From NCBI GenBank assembly GCA_963757665.1, contig CAVWSY010000002.1, forward strand, positions 476,797 through 540,796: a stretch of DNA of 64,000 bases, in the 5' to 3' direction. Position numbers and translations under genes: made by a program. Source of the DNA: an uncultured Actinomycetota bacterium. GTDB taxonomy: Bacteria; Actinomycetota; Actinomycetes; Propionibacteriales; Nocardioidaceae. Numbering within the stretch: position 1 is the stretch's first letter; every line of letters starts with the position of its first letter. Below are positions 1 through 10,027 of the stretch, piece after piece. Under the pieces are notes generated by a model. The model ran no database searches, was not told where the DNA came from, and saw only the letters and a list, made by a program, of their open reading frames with translations.

Positions 1-135
1 CGTCCGGTTCGGATGGACTGGCAGTTCGCCTGGATCGACCCGGTCGTCACGCGGAGCCGGCTCGCCATGGACGCCAACTGCCAGTCCACCCGAACGACGA
101 CCGTCATCGGCACGACCAAGCGGATCTCGGCATAG
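1..135 (+). CDS. 3' end of a CDS entering from upstream of the window (unknown product)
   Basis: Frame 1 is open from base 1 to TAG at 133-135 with strong third-position GC bias (...MDWQFAWIDPVVTRSRLAMDANCQSTRTTTVIGTTKRISA*). No family recognised. Confidence 0.3.
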   Translation, partial: RPVRMDWQFAWIDPVVTRSRLAMDANCQSTRTTTVIGTTKRISA

Positions 136-195
136 GAGAGTGCGTTCCGCAACCCCGGGCCGCCGGCCGTAGAAATGGGACACACCCATTTGGGC

Positions 196-1515
196 TCAAC
201 GGACGCGCTTCACCCGGAGGATCGCTGCCGCTCCCAGCACCGCGCAGGCACCCGCGACGGCGTACAGCACGGTGTAGCTGCCGCCACCGATCGCCAGGAT
301 CGCCGGCGCGATGGCAGGTGCGACCGACGAGGGCAGCGCTCCCGCGATGTTCATCACGCCGAGATCCTTCGCGGCGCTGTCGGGGTCCGGTAGGACGTCT
401 GCGACCAGCGCGAGGTCGACCGCCGTGTAGAGGCCGAACCCGAGTCCACCGATGGTCATGCCGACCAGGAAGCCGTTGAAGCTTCCGGCGAGCGCGATCA
501 CGAACATCGCCACCCCGAAGACGAATGACGCGGCCCCCACGAAGACCTTGCGTCGACCGGTCCGGTCCGAGAGCCAGCCGCCCACCAGGGACGCGACGAC
601 GACCACCGACGACATGGCCAGGGTGGCGAGGAACAGCTGTCGCGGTACGTCGTCCTCAGTGCTGCCGAGCTTCTGCAGCAGGTAGTAGACCTGATAGGTG
701 GTCAGGAACGCGTAGGCGAGCACGAACATGAAGCGGCTGGTGAACGCCCACGCGAAGTCAGGGTGCTTCCAGGGGCTGACGTAGAAGGTCCCGGCGAACT
801 CGCGCAAGGACCACGCCGGCCTGTCGGCGGCGTCGAGCCGACGGTCCTTCAGCGTCGCGGCGAAGAGCAGGACGAAGAACCCGCCGATGGCACAGGGGGC
901 CAGGAACATCGCGAGGGTGTTGCCGGTGAACAGCTGTACAACGAACGTGCCGCTCACCGACGCGATGGGCAGGCAGATGCCCAGAACCCCAGCGACGCGA
1001 CCGCGTTGGGCCACTGGGACCTGGTCGGGCAGCACGGCCACCAGGGCAGCCAACAAGGCGTTGAGGAAGACCTGCGCGAGGCACCATCCGATCAGGACCA
1101 CCCTGATGTTCGGCGCCAGCGCGACGACGAGGACCCCGAGACTGCCGCCCAGCAGGCCGATCACCATCCAGGGTCGTCGCATGCCCAGCCGTGATGCGGT
1201 GCGGTCGCTCAGCTTGCCGAAGAACGGATTCGCGAACATCGCGAGCAGCGCTCCGGTGCCGGCGACGAGCGAGAGGCTGTTGGGCGCCCGGTCGGTGCCG
1301 ACGAGGGCGTTGATCTTCAACGAGAGGCTGACCAGTAGCGGAGCGAGGAAGAGCAGGATCGTGCCGATGTAGGCCAGCGCGTAAAACGCCACGAACCTCC
1401 CGCTGACCTGCCGAACCCCAGCGGACCCGGGCGCGGTCGTGAGACTGGCGCTGGCTGCGGGCAGGTGAGCTTCGGGCACGGGGTTCTCCAGGCGGGGGTG
1501 CCTCCAGTGGACCAC
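196..1515 (-). CDS. MFS transporter
   Basis: 439-aa ORF with about 12 hydrophobic segments and an MFS-type loop GKLSDRTASRLGMRRPWM after TM2. The true start is probably downstream of 1515, since the first TM begins near aa 40. Confidence 0.85.
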   Translation of the reverse strand: MVHWRHPRLENPVPEAHLPAASASLTTAPGSAGVRQVSGRFVAFYALAYIGTILLFLAPLLVSLSLKINALVGTDRAPNSLSLVAGTGALLAMFANPFFGKLSDRTASRLGMRRPWMVIGLLGGSLGVLVVALAPNIRVVLIGWCLAQVFLNALLAALVAVLPDQVPVAQRGRVAGVLGICLPIASVSGTFVVQLFTGNTLAMFLAPCAIGGFFVLLFAATLKDRRLDAADRPAWSLREFAGTFYVSPWKHPDFAWAFTSRFMFVLAYAFLTTYQVYYLLQKLGSTEDDVPRQLFLATLAMSSVVVVASLVGGWLSDRTGRRKVFVGAASFVFGVAMFVIALAGSFNGFLVGMTIGGLGFGLYTAVDLALVADVLPDPDSAAKDLGVMNIAGALPSSVAPAIAPAILAIGGGSYTVLYAVAGACAVLGAAAILRVKRVR

Positions 1516-1627
1516 TGGTCCAGCCGCGAGCCCGGGAAGATCCGGTGTTCCTTCTGGTCGGAGACGCCATCGGGGTCGGTTTGCCTCGGACTATCCAGGC
1601 GCGCATCGCAATCACCCGGTCAGGTCG

Positions 1628-1975
1628 TCACCCCTTGACGTAGGAGACCTTCTCGGCGACCAGTCCGTCACGGACCCGAAAGAGATCGATCCCGCGGACA
1701 TGCCCACCCTCCCAGGCGTACCGCCATCGCACGACTGCGCGATCCCCGCAGATGATCTGTTCCTCGGTGTCGAAGGCCGCGTTCGCGGACTCGAGGAAGA
1801 ACGCCGTCCACGCAGCACGTACGGCGTCCTGGCCCTCGTGCCGTTCGCCATCGGGAGGAGCGGTGTTCTCGAAGACGCAGTCCTCGGTCATGGCAGCCAT
1901 GACCGCGTCCACGTCGTGCCGGTCGAACGCTTCGTTGAACCGGGCCACTGCGGCGGCCGTGGACGTGTGTTCCAT
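1628..1975 (-). CDS. SnoaL-like / NTF2-fold protein
   Basis: 115 aa. AVARFNEAFDRHDVDAVMAAMTEDCVFE... is the typical SnoaL_2 N-terminus and length. Confidence 0.75.
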   Translation of the reverse strand: MEHTSTAAAVARFNEAFDRHDVDAVMAAMTEDCVFENTAPPDGERHEGQDAVRAAWTAFFLESANAAFDTEEQIICGDRAVVRWRYAWEGGHVRGIDLFRVRDGLVAEKVSYVKG

Positions 1976-2120
1976 CAGGACAGTCTGGCGTAGTGGCCCG
2001 GCTCCGAACCAGTGGACAACGAAGTTCTCGTCACCGAACGACCCGGGTGTCGTGCCCGGCGGGCCGTGACCTCACCTGGCCCGGAGTCGCGTCGAACTCG
2101 TGGCAGACTCCTCGTGTCCA

Positions 2121-2756
2121 TCACCGCCCCGAGCGCGAGACACCGGCGTGCGCCGCACCGGCGCGGAAGAAGGCCACCACGGCGTCGACGTCGGGTAGCT
2201 CCGACAGCGGCCGGGCTGCCCCGAAGGTGGTGTTCCAGAAGGTGCCTTCGCGCGGCGTCCAGGGACCGACGTAGGCGTAGGGCTCGCTGTGGTGCGCGTC
2301 GCCGGGAGAGACGCCGTAGTTGACCTCGTCGAGCGAGATCCCGATGTCGAAGTGCTCCGGCCAGATCACCGGGTCCGCACCTGGGGCGAAGGCACGCATC
2401 GCGGCATCCCCGCGGGCGAAGGCGCCGAGGACCGGCTCCACGCCGTCCGGGTCGACGTCGACCGGGTCGTCGGGGGTGACGCCGGGACCGTCGGCGTAGA
2501 CGTCCCGTAGCTCCCGCGCCTCGACGCCCGCTGCGCGAGCGAGCTCGGCAAAGGTGCCGCCGAGGGGCAGCCGGGCTGTGGGGGAGACGAGCACGGGCCC
2601 GTCGACTCTCAGGTCGGGAGCAGCGACGTTGCCGAAGCCGCCGGGAGTGACCCGGAGCCGGATCGTCTGGCTGGCGGCGTACTGCGGCCCGGCCAGGACC
2701 AGCTCGGCGATGCCGTGCAGTGACTGCCGGGTGCTTTCGATGCTCGGCTGGCTCAT
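2121..2756 (-). CDS. conserved hypothetical protein
   Basis: 211-aa ORF with good GC3 bias, divergent from the Rieske-ThDP gene. No motif recognised. Confidence 0.55.
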   Translation of the reverse strand: MSQPSIESTRQSLHGIAELVLAGPQYAASQTIRLRVTPGGFGNVAAPDLRVDGPVLVSPTARLPLGGTFAELARAAGVEARELRDVYADGPGVTPDDPVDVDPDGVEPVLGAFARGDAAMRAFAPGADPVIWPEHFDIGISLDEVNYGVSPGDAHHSEPYAYVGPWTPREGTFWNTTFGAARPLSELPDVDAVVAFFRAGAAHAGVSRSGR

Positions 2757-2885
2757 CGGGTGAACTCCTCGAACTGATTTCGCTGGTGGTGTAACGCCAT
2801 CTTGATCGGTGGCACTGATCTTGCGAGACGTCGCACTCGGGCGGCGCTCTCGCGGATTGGTGTCACGAGCCCGAGGAGGCGTTAC

Positions 2886-4847
2886 ATGCCGTCAGCCAAA
2901 CGTTCCGCCAGCGACAATGCCACCGGGGCCTGGCACCCGGTCGACGCCGTCGACGTACCGGGTGAGGGTCGGGTGCGCAGCGTCACTGTCGACGGCCGCA
3001 GCATCGCGCTGACCCGCTGCGGGGCCGCGCTCGGCGCCCTGGAGAACCGGTGTCCCCACCAGGGCGGGCCGCTCGGGGAGGGATCGATCGAGAAGGGGCT
3101 GCTGCGCTGCCCGTGGCACGGGTACGACTACGACCCGTTGACGGGGGAGTCGCCGGGCACGTTCGGCGACGCCGTGGACGTCTTCGACGTCGAGGAGCGG
3201 GAGGACGGTGTCTACGTCCGACTCCCCGAGCAGGTCGAGGTGGCGCGGACCGTGGCCGACGTCATCGTGGAGACGTTGGTGGCACACGGCGTGACCCGGG
3301 TGTTCGGGATGGTGGGGCACTCCAATCTCGGCTTCGCCGACGCGCTTCGGCGCGCGGAGGAACGCGGTGAGCTCAGCTTCATCGGCATCCGGCACGAGGG
3401 CGCGGCAGCATTCGCTGCAAGTGCCTACGGCAAGCTGACGGGTCGGCCGGCCGCGTGCTTCGCGATCGCAGGTCCAGGCTCGACGAACCTCCTCACCGGC
3501 TTGTACGACGCGAAGCTGGACCAGTCGCCGGTCATCGCGATCTCCGGCCAGGTGCCCTCCAAGGTGCTCGGCCGCGGCGCCTTTCAGGACCTGGACCTCT
3601 CTGCGGTCTTCAAGGATGTCGCCATCACCACCACCACCGTGCAGTCGGGCAGCGACCACGCGGAGTTGGCCGCCATCGCGGTCAAGCACGCCCGTGACCA
3701 ACGCGGCGTCGCCCACCTGGTGCTCCCCGACGAGGTGCAGGCGCTCCCCTCCGAGGCGCCCGCTGCCTCTCCCGACGGGCGTTACTCCGATCGCCTGGTT
3801 CGACCCGACGAGGCTTCGCTGGCACGCGCAGCCAAGCTCGTGCTGGAGGCCAGGCGACCGGTCATCGTCGTCGGGCACGGCGCTCGCGGCGCGGAGGCCG
3901 AGGTCACGGAGCTGGCCGAGCGGCTGCACGCGCCGGTGCTGACCACCTTCAAGGCCAAGGGGCTGGTGCCTGACAGCCATCCGCTGGGAGCAGGCGTGCT
4001 CGGACGCAGCGGCACCCCGGTGGCCAGCTGGCTGATGAACGAGTCCGACCTGCTCGTCGTGGTGGGCGCTTCCTTCTCGAACCACACCGGCATCGCGCCG
4101 TACAAGCCGATCGTGCAGATCGACGACACCCCCACCGCGATCGGGCGCTTCGACGCGGTCACCGTCGACGTCCTCGGGGACGCCGCGGCCGTGGTCGACG
4201 CCCTGACCCGCGCCGTGGCCGACGCCCAACCGGAGGACCAACGCCCCGACGTGGCCGAGCGCTGGGCGATCTGGCGTGCCGAGAAGGCCCGGCGGGCGGC
4301 GGACGACCGCGGCGCAGGTGTCTCAGCGGCGGCCGTCTTCGCGGCGCTCTCCGAGCACCTTCCCGCCGACGCCGTCGTCTCGGTCGACGTGGGCAACCAC
4401 GCCTACTCGCTGGGGCGCTACCTGGAGTCCAAGGGACAACCGGTGCTGATGTCGGGCTACCTCGGCTCGATCGGGTTCGGCTACCCGGCCGCCATCGGCG
4501 CCTGGGCGGCCGACCCCGACCGTCCGATCGTGGCCGTCACCGGCGACGGGGGATTCGGGCAGTACGCCACGGAGCTGACCACGGCAGTGAAGTACGGCAT
4601 CGCGATCAAGCACGTGCTGTTGAACAACAACGCGCTCGGCAAGATCAGCAAGGAACAGCTCGCGGCCGACTACCCGGTCTGGCACACCTCGCTGCACAAC
4701 CCGGACTGGGCGGCCTACGCCGAGCTCTGCGGCGCGACCGGCATCAAGGTCACCAGCCGCGACCAGCTCGAAGCCGCCATGACCACACTCTTCGCCACAC
4801 CCGGACCTGCGCTGCTCTGCGTCGAGCAGGACGCCGAGCTGCTCTGA
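2886..4847 (+). CDS. Rieske [2Fe-2S] domain fused to a thiamine-diphosphate-dependent enzyme (pyruvate oxidase / acetolactate synthase superfamily)
   Basis: N-terminal Rieske motif CPHQGGPL-x-CPWHGYDYD, then a POX/ALS-like three-domain body with the ThDP motif GDGGFGQY...LLNNNALG. The ORF opens at 2802, but ATG 2886 is preferred. Confidence 0.85.
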   Translation: MPSAKRSASDNATGAWHPVDAVDVPGEGRVRSVTVDGRSIALTRCGAALGALENRCPHQGGPLGEGSIEKGLLRCPWHGYDYDPLTGESPGTFGDAVDVFDVEEREDGVYVRLPEQVEVARTVADVIVETLVAHGVTRVFGMVGHSNLGFADALRRAEERGELSFIGIRHEGAAAFAASAYGKLTGRPAACFAIAGPGSTNLLTGLYDAKLDQSPVIAISGQVPSKVLGRGAFQDLDLSAVFKDVAITTTTVQSGSDHAELAAIAVKHARDQRGVAHLVLPDEVQALPSEAPAASPDGRYSDRLVRPDEASLARAAKLVLEARRPVIVVGHGARGAEAEVTELAERLHAPVLTTFKAKGLVPDSHPLGAGVLGRSGTPVASWLMNESDLLVVVGASFSNHTGIAPYKPIVQIDDTPTAIGRFDAVTVDVLGDAAAVVDALTRAVADAQPEDQRPDVAERWAIWRAEKARRAADDRGAGVSAAAVFAALSEHLPADAVVSVDVGNHAYSLGRYLESKGQPVLMSGYLGSIGFGYPAAIGAWAADPDRPIVAVTGDGGFGQYATELTTAVKYGIAIKHVLLNNNALGKISKEQLAADYPVWHTSLHNPDWAAYAELCGATGIKVTSRDQLEAAMTTLFATPGPALLCVEQDAELL

Positions 4848-4873
4848 GCACCACCCACCCCAAGGAGAGACCC

Positions 4874-5599
4874 GTGACCGAAACCGCCCCCACTGCCACC
4901 AGCTACTCCGACCTGAAGGCGCTGTTCATCAACTGCACGCTGAAGAGATCACCCGAGCCGAGCAACACCCAAGGACTCGTCGACAGCAGTCGGAAGATCA
5001 TGGAGGCCCACGGCGTCCAGGTCGATGTGGTCCGGGCCATCGACCACGACATCGCGACCGGCGTCTGGCCAGACATGACCGAGCACGGTTGGGAGACCGA
5101 TGACTGGCCGGCGATCTTCGAGAAGGTCAAGGCCGCCGACATCCTGGTGCTGGCCGGACCCATCTGGCTCGGCGACAACAGCTCGATCATGAAGCAGGTG
5201 CACGAGAGGCTGTACGGCGGTTCGCACCTGCTCAACGACCGGGGGCAGTACCTCTACTACGGCCGGGTCGGCGGCTGCCTGATCACCGGCAACGAGGACG
5301 GGATCAAGCACTGCGCGCACAACGTGCTCTACACACTGCAGCACATCGGCTACACGATCCCGCCGCAGGCTGATGCCGGGTGGATCGGCGAGGCGGGTCC
5401 CGGCCCGTCGTACCTCGACCCGGGATCGGGCGGCCCGGAGAACGATTTCACCAACCGGAACACCACGTTCATGACGTGGAACCTGCTGCACCTGGCGCGC
5501 CTGCTCAAGGACGCGGGCGGCGTCCCGGCGTACGGCAACCAGCGCTCGGAGTGGGACGCGGGCTGCCGCTTCGACTTCGAGAACCCGGAGTACCGATGA
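4874..5599 (+). CDS. flavodoxin-like fold NAD(P)H-dependent FMN reductase family protein
   Basis: 241 aa. LFINCTLKRSPEPSNT...ADILVLAGPIWLGDNSS is typical of the FMN_red/flavodoxin_2 family. AAGGAGA RBS lies 5 nt upstream of GTG 4874. Confidence 0.8.
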   Translation: MTETAPTATSYSDLKALFINCTLKRSPEPSNTQGLVDSSRKIMEAHGVQVDVVRAIDHDIATGVWPDMTEHGWETDDWPAIFEKVKAADILVLAGPIWLGDNSSIMKQVHERLYGGSHLLNDRGQYLYYGRVGGCLITGNEDGIKHCAHNVLYTLQHIGYTIPPQADAGWIGEAGPGPSYLDPGSGGPENDFTNRNTTFMTWNLLHLARLLKDAGGVPAYGNQRSEWDAGCRFDFENPEYR

Positions 5600-5618
5600 C
5601 GGGAGATACGCTCCGGGC

Positions 5619-6254
5619 GTGGTCATGCCGGGCGCCGACGTCGCGATCGTCGAAGGTGTCCGCTCCGGCGACGAAGCCGTCTTCGCGCAGCTGCTGAACG
5701 ACTGGTCACGATCAATGCTGCTGCTCGCGCGCACCTTCGTCTCGACGGAAGCCTCCGCCGAGGAGGTCGTCCAGGACACCTGGCTGGCCGTGATCCGGGG
5801 CATCGACCGGTTCGAGGGCCGCTCCTCGTTGCGCACGTGGGTCTACCGGATCCTGGTCAACACCGCGAAGAAGCGCGGGGTCCGGGAGCGCCGGACCGTG
5901 CCCTGGAGCAGCCTTGCCGGGGCCGAGGACGACGATGGTCCGACCGTGGACCCGGCGTTGTTCCGTGGCGCCCACGACCAGTACCCGGGTGGCTGGCGTT
6001 CCTTTCCCCGGGAGTGGGTCTCCGCCGAGGGCAGTGTCCTGGCCGGTGAGGTCCGCAGTGCGGTGCTCACGGCGATCGACACGCTGCCGGATCGTCAGCG
6101 CGTCGTGATCACGCTGCGCGACGTGATGGGCCACACCTCCGAGGAGGTGTGCCAGATGCTCGAGGTGTCCGGGGCCAACCAGCGCGTTCTCCTGCACCGT
6201 GCCCGGGCCGCGGTGCGCAAGCACCTGGCGTCGTTCCTGGAGATGGGTCGATGA
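5619..6254 (+). CDS. ECF-type sigma-70 family RNA polymerase sigma factor
   Basis: Region 2 (DTWLAVIRGIDRFEGRSSLRTWVYRILVNTAKKR) and region 4 (LPDRQRVVITLRDVMGHTSEEVCQMLEVSGANQRVLLHRARAAV) are recognisable. Confidence 0.9.
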   Translation: MVMPGADVAIVEGVRSGDEAVFAQLLNDWSRSMLLLARTFVSTEASAEEVVQDTWLAVIRGIDRFEGRSSLRTWVYRILVNTAKKRGVRERRTVPWSSLAGAEDDDGPTVDPALFRGAHDQYPGGWRSFPREWVSAEGSVLAGEVRSAVLTAIDTLPDRQRVVITLRDVMGHTSEEVCQMLEVSGANQRVLLHRARAAVRKHLASFLEMGR

Positions 6255-6487
6255 GCGACCTCAGCTGCCGGGAGTTCGTCGAGCTGGTGACCGACTACTT
6301 CGAGGGCGTCCTCGACGCCGACACCGGCGCCCGTTTCGACGAGCACCGGGTGCTCTGCCCCGGCTGCGAGACCTACCTGCAGCAGATGCGCGAGACCGTG
6401 ACCCGGCTCGGAGAGATCCCGGTCGAGTCCCTCTCCGAGGAGATGCGGTCGACGCTGCTCTCCGCCTTCCGCGACGTCCGACGCTGA
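6251..6487 (+). CDS. zinc-finger (HxxxCxxC) anti-sigma factor
   Basis: ATGA start/stop overlap with the sigma gene. 78 aa with the ZAS motif HRVLCPGC. Confidence 0.8.
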   Translation: MSDLSCREFVELVTDYFEGVLDADTGARFDEHRVLCPGCETYLQQMRETVTRLGEIPVESLSEEMRSTLLSAFRDVRR

Positions 6488-6532
6488 CCGTCGCACCCCT
6501 GCAGGTCCCTGCAGCACCGGATCGAGAAGCTC

Positions 6533-7740
6533 ATGCCCGACGTTGCGTTCACCAACCTGCTGATGGTCACCGTCATCGCCCTGCTGGCACCACTGACGTT
6601 GGGTCTGGCGCCCCGGCTGCGCGTCCCCGCGGCGGTCCTGGAGATCGTCGCCGGTATCGTCGTCGGCCCGCAGGTGCTGGGCTGGGTGGAGGTTGACCTG
6701 CCGGTCTCCATCGTGGCGCTGCTCGGCCTGGCGTTCCTGCTCTTCCTGGCCGGGTTGTAGATCGACGTCCACCGGTTGCGGGGACAGCTGCTGCGCCTCG
6801 CGCTCCTGGGGTACGCCGTCACGGTGGCACTCGGGATCGCCGTGGGGGCAGGCGTGAACGCCCTGGGGTGGGTGCAGAGCCCGGGCCTGGTCGCGGTCAC
6901 GCTCTCCGCGACCTCGCTCGGCCTGGTCGTCCCCGTGCTCAAGGACGCGGGGCAGGTCGAGACGCGGCTCGGGCAGACGGTGGTGGCGGCCGCTTCGGTG
7001 GCCGACTTCGCCGCGATCGTGCTGCTCTCGCTGTTCTTCTCCGCCTCTGACTCCAGCAGGGGCAGCCGGCTCGTGTTGCTCGCCTCGTTCAGCGTCCTGG
7101 TCGCGGCGACCGCGGTCGCGGTCACTCTGGTGGCTCGTTCGAGGCGCTTGGCGCTGACGTTGACTCGGCTGCAGGACACCACGGCGCAGATCCGCGTGAG
7201 GGCGGCCGTCGTGCTGCTGGTCGCCTTCGTGGCACTGGCCGAGCAGTTCGGGTTGGAGAGCATCCTGGGCGCGTTCATGGCGGGCGCAGTGGTCGGGCTG
7301 GTGGACAAGGACTCCGAGTCGCACCCGAACTTCCGCCTCAAGCTCGAGGCGATCGGCTACGGTTTCCTGATCCCGGTCTTCTTCGTCAGCAGTGGCCTGC
7401 GGCTCGATCTGAGCGGGCTGTTGGAGAACCCGGCGGCCCTCGCCCGCGTGCCGGTCTTCGTGGCGCCCTGCTCGTCGTCCGCGGTCTGCTGGCGCTGCTC
7501 CTCCGGGGGCTCTTCGACCGACATGCGGTGCTTGCGGCCGGGCTGCTGCCGGCGACGTCGCTGCCCTTCATCGTCACCGCCACGCAGATCGGGGTGCTCA
7601 CCGGCCTGGTGAGCGGTGTGACGGCGGCGGCCATGGTGTGCGCGGGACTGCTCTCGGTGATCGTGTTCCCGGTGGCGGCACTCGCGCTGCTCCGGATGGC
7701 CCCGGAGCAGCGCGAGAGCTGGGCGACGAAGTCTCGGCCC
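6533..7740 (+). pseudogene. cation:proton antiporter (CPA2/Kef-type), disrupted by one in-frame TAG and one frameshift
   Basis: Same-frame ORFs 6533-6760 and 6776-7612 are split by TAG 6758-6760 inside ...FLLFLAGL*IDVHRLRG (a GAG Glu codon is expected). The protein then continues in another frame from about 7465 (...LLVVRGLLALLLRGLFDRHAVLAAGLLPATSLPFIVTATQIG...). The 3' limit is uncertain. Confidence 0.75.
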
Positions 7741-7774
7741 CCGGTGACCGAGCGTCTCCCTGGAGACGACGGCC

Positions 7775-8350
7775 TCAGGCGACCGTGGCCAACCCTCCGG
7801 TCCAGGAGATCTTGTCGCTGGCCGCGAGGGTGAGCTGCAGGAAGCCGACGGCCTCGAGCTCGCGGGCGCGCTTGAGCGAACCTGAGTCGACGGCGTTGAG
7901 CCCGCCGGAGGTGACGATGTCGGCCAGGGTTGACTTGGCGTCGGCGTCGTCGCCGGCGATGAGGACCGTGGTGCTCAGGTCGCCGATGGTGCCGGCGGCC
8001 AGGGTGCCCGCGAAGGTGGTGTTGAAGGCCTTGATGACTCGCGACTGCGGGAGTGCCGCGGCGAGCTCGGCGGCAGCGGAGCTGTCGGCCGGGACGGTCA
8101 GTGAGTCGAAGGTCTCGAAGTCCAGCGGGTTGGTGATGTCCACGACGATCTTGCCCGCGAGGCTTGCCCCGCGCTCGGAGATCACGGCGGGAAGGGCCGG
8201 GTAGGGGACCGCAAGGACGACGACGTCGCCGGTGACCTGGGCGCTCGTGTCACCGTCTCCGATGAGCTGGACCGTGTGCCCGCCCTTGGTTGCGACGGAG
8301 GCGATGGCCCGGCCCATGTTGCCGGTGCCGATGATCGAGATGTGCGTCAT
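7775..8350 (-). CDS. NADPH-dependent F420 reductase-like NAD(P)-binding oxidoreductase
   Basis: MTHISIIGTGNMGRAIA Rossmann N-terminus, 191 aa, NpdG-like overall pattern. ATG 8350 is chosen over the ORF opening at 8413. Confidence 0.8.
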   Translation of the reverse strand: MTHISIIGTGNMGRAIASVATKGGHTVQLIGDGDTSAQVTGDVVVLAVPYPALPAVISERGASLAGKIVVDITNPLDFETFDSLTVPADSSAAAELAAALPQSRVIKAFNTTFAGTLAAGTIGDLSTTVLIAGDDADAKSTLADIVTSGGLNAVDSGSLKRARELEAVGFLQLTLAASDKISWTGGLATVA

Positions 8351-8538
8351 GTGAGTCTCCCAAATAGTTGTGCTGTCAAGTAACAGCCTAGTTGAGATTG
8401 CTTGTCGTGACAACTAAAGCCGATGGGTTCAAGCCGAGCTCAGGCCGCTCCCAACTTCGGACCAAGGTCCGCGCCACACGATGACGACCTCACACCAGCC
8501 CCGCCGGATGCTGGATCCGGCCCTCCTGAGGAGTCACC

Positions 8539-9022
8539 ATGTTCGTTCGCACAGGCCTCATCGCAGCCGCCGCCATCGTGCTGCTCTCGGCCCTCCCGGG
8601 GTCCGCATCCGCGGCGTCGGGGACCCAGGTGATCGACCGGAGCGTGTACGACGCGACGCCCGAGCGGACGGTCGCGAGCCTGCGCGTCGACGGTCCGACC
8701 TCGGGCCCACTGGGCGGCGCGATTGAGGTGACCGTCCGGGCGGTCGACGGCACCCTGCCGACCACGTTCGGAACTTGTGAGTCAGCCTGGGTCAAGGCAG
8801 TGGTGACTGGACCCCGGTCACACCATCAGCGTGCGCACGCGAGGTGAGGTCTGTGCCCACATCGTCGACGGAAACCTCACCGCGAACGCCGGGTTCCGCG
8901 CGAAGGACGTCACCGTCGACGGCTACGGTCACTGCCGTCCCAAGCTCGTGGGGGAGGGCCTGATTGCGGTGGCGCACTCACAGCTCGGCGGTCAGGCGTC
9001 CTTCTTCGGCACGTTCCGCTGA
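8539..9022 (+). pseudogene. secreted protein of unknown function, apparently frameshifted
   Basis: GAGGAG RBS and signal peptide MFVRTGLIAAAAIVLLSALPGSASA. Coding signal switches from the 8539 frame to the 8831 frame around 8805 (...CESAWVKAVV | LDPGHTISVRTRGEVCAHIVDG...). It could instead be two small genes. Confidence 0.4.
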
Positions 9023-9025
9023 GCG

Positions 9026-9832
9026 TCAGGCCGCGACGGGCTGCGGCACGGCGTATGGCGCCAGCGTGGGCTCGTCGCGGTCGCTGCGTGTCAGCTTCAG
9101 CGCGAGGACGACCGAGGCGATCGCGACCGGGATGTTCAAGAACGCAATGACGGATCCCCCGTCGTCCACAAAGGTCGTGAAGTCCCAGAACCCGTGCAGG
9201 AGCATGGCGAGCACCAGGGTCGCGCCACCGCGGCGCAGCCGGTAGAACGTGGTGCCGGACAGGAACGCGAGGAGCACCTGGAACAACGCGGCCGGCCCGG
9301 TGCCGAAGGCCCAGTTGGGCAGATGGAGCAGGCCGAAGAGCAGCGAGGAGAAGAACCACACCCGGCGCTCGGTCAACGTGCCGCGTAGCCCGACCAGCTG
9401 GATGCCGCGGGTCGCCAGCTCCTCGCAGAAGCCCACCCCGATGCTGCCGATCACCAACCACAGCCACATCTTGCTGGTGGTGTCCGAGAAGTCCTTCTGC
9501 GTCAACGCGGCGAGGCCGATCACGAGCATCAGCGCGGGCGTGATCAGCGTCCATCTGGGTGCCCTCCTCACCTCGAAGAGGGCCGGGCGCCACCAGCCGA
9601 GCGCGGTCGCCGCGATGATCAGCACCACTGCTCCGGCCGCGAGCGGGGCGACGTACCACTCCAACAGGGTGCTGGCGGAGTCGCCGATGTTCTCGTACTC
9701 GATGCCGTTGACGATCCACACGCCGTAGAACACGGTCAGGTAGCCGATGAGGACGAGGACACCGACCCTCGGCCTGGGCTGGACCTTCATGGAGCTCGTT
9801 GGGGTCGGGCGCGGAACACCGGTGTCCGGCAC
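9026..9832 (-). CDS. CPBP family intramembrane glutamic endopeptidase
   Basis: Polytopic protein with CPBP motifs EELATRG (EExxxR), FGLLH (FxxxH) and HGFWD (HxxxD). Alternative start at ATG 9790. Confidence 0.85.
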   Translation of the reverse strand: MPDTGVPRPTPTSSMKVQPRPRVGVLVLIGYLTVFYGVWIVNGIEYENIGDSASTLLEWYVAPLAAGAVVLIIAATALGWWRPALFEVRRAPRWTLITPALMLVIGLAALTQKDFSDTTSKMWLWLVIGSIGVGFCEELATRGIQLVGLRGTLTERRVWFFSSLLFGLLHLPNWAFGTGPAALFQVLLAFLSGTTFYRLRRGGATLVLAMLLHGFWDFTTFVDDGGSVIAFLNIPVAIASVVLALKLTRSDRDEPTLAPYAVPQPVAA

Positions 9833-10027
9833 CCTTCTGTTCTAGGCCACCGGCCCTCGGGACAGCAGGGACTTTGGTCTGTTCCTGCCCGGCGGGGCGG
9901 CGCTCGATCGGGACCTTCGACCCCTCTGCGGCGGCGGTCCCGGGCTCGCATCAGCAACATCGCCGGTCTCGCAAGAGGCCGGATCACGACCGGGCGGGTC
10001 GTCCTCGGCCGGGGCTACGGTGGAACG

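Noticed and set aside
758-1615. Long antisense or out-of-frame ORFs overlapping real genes. Examples: 758-1615, 2892-4241, 6095-7324, 19616-20749, 22831-24087, 45335-46321, 47444-48598, 48936-50333, 60408-61298 and 61608-62393.
   Set aside because: These are typical stop-poor shadow frames of a 70% GC genome. Their translations are Arg/Pro/Gly-rich low-complexity sequence with no family motifs. The opposite or alternate frame in each case carries a recognisable protein with proper GC3 bias.
6758-6760. The in-frame TAG in the antiporter and the TAA at 40074-40076, considered as recoding events (pyrrolysine or read-through).
   Set aside because: There is no pyl machinery or recoding signal in view, and pyrrolysine is not expected in this phylum. 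The same genes also carry frameshifts, so pseudogenisation or sequence error is the simpler reading.
9963-9982. Hairpin CCGGTCTC-GCAA-GAGGCCGG (GNRA-type loop) upstream of the first LAL gene, considered as a riboregulator.
   Set aside because: It is a single short stem with a G-U pair in GC-rich DNA. Such stems are frequent by chance, and it has no flanking conserved structure that I can recognise.
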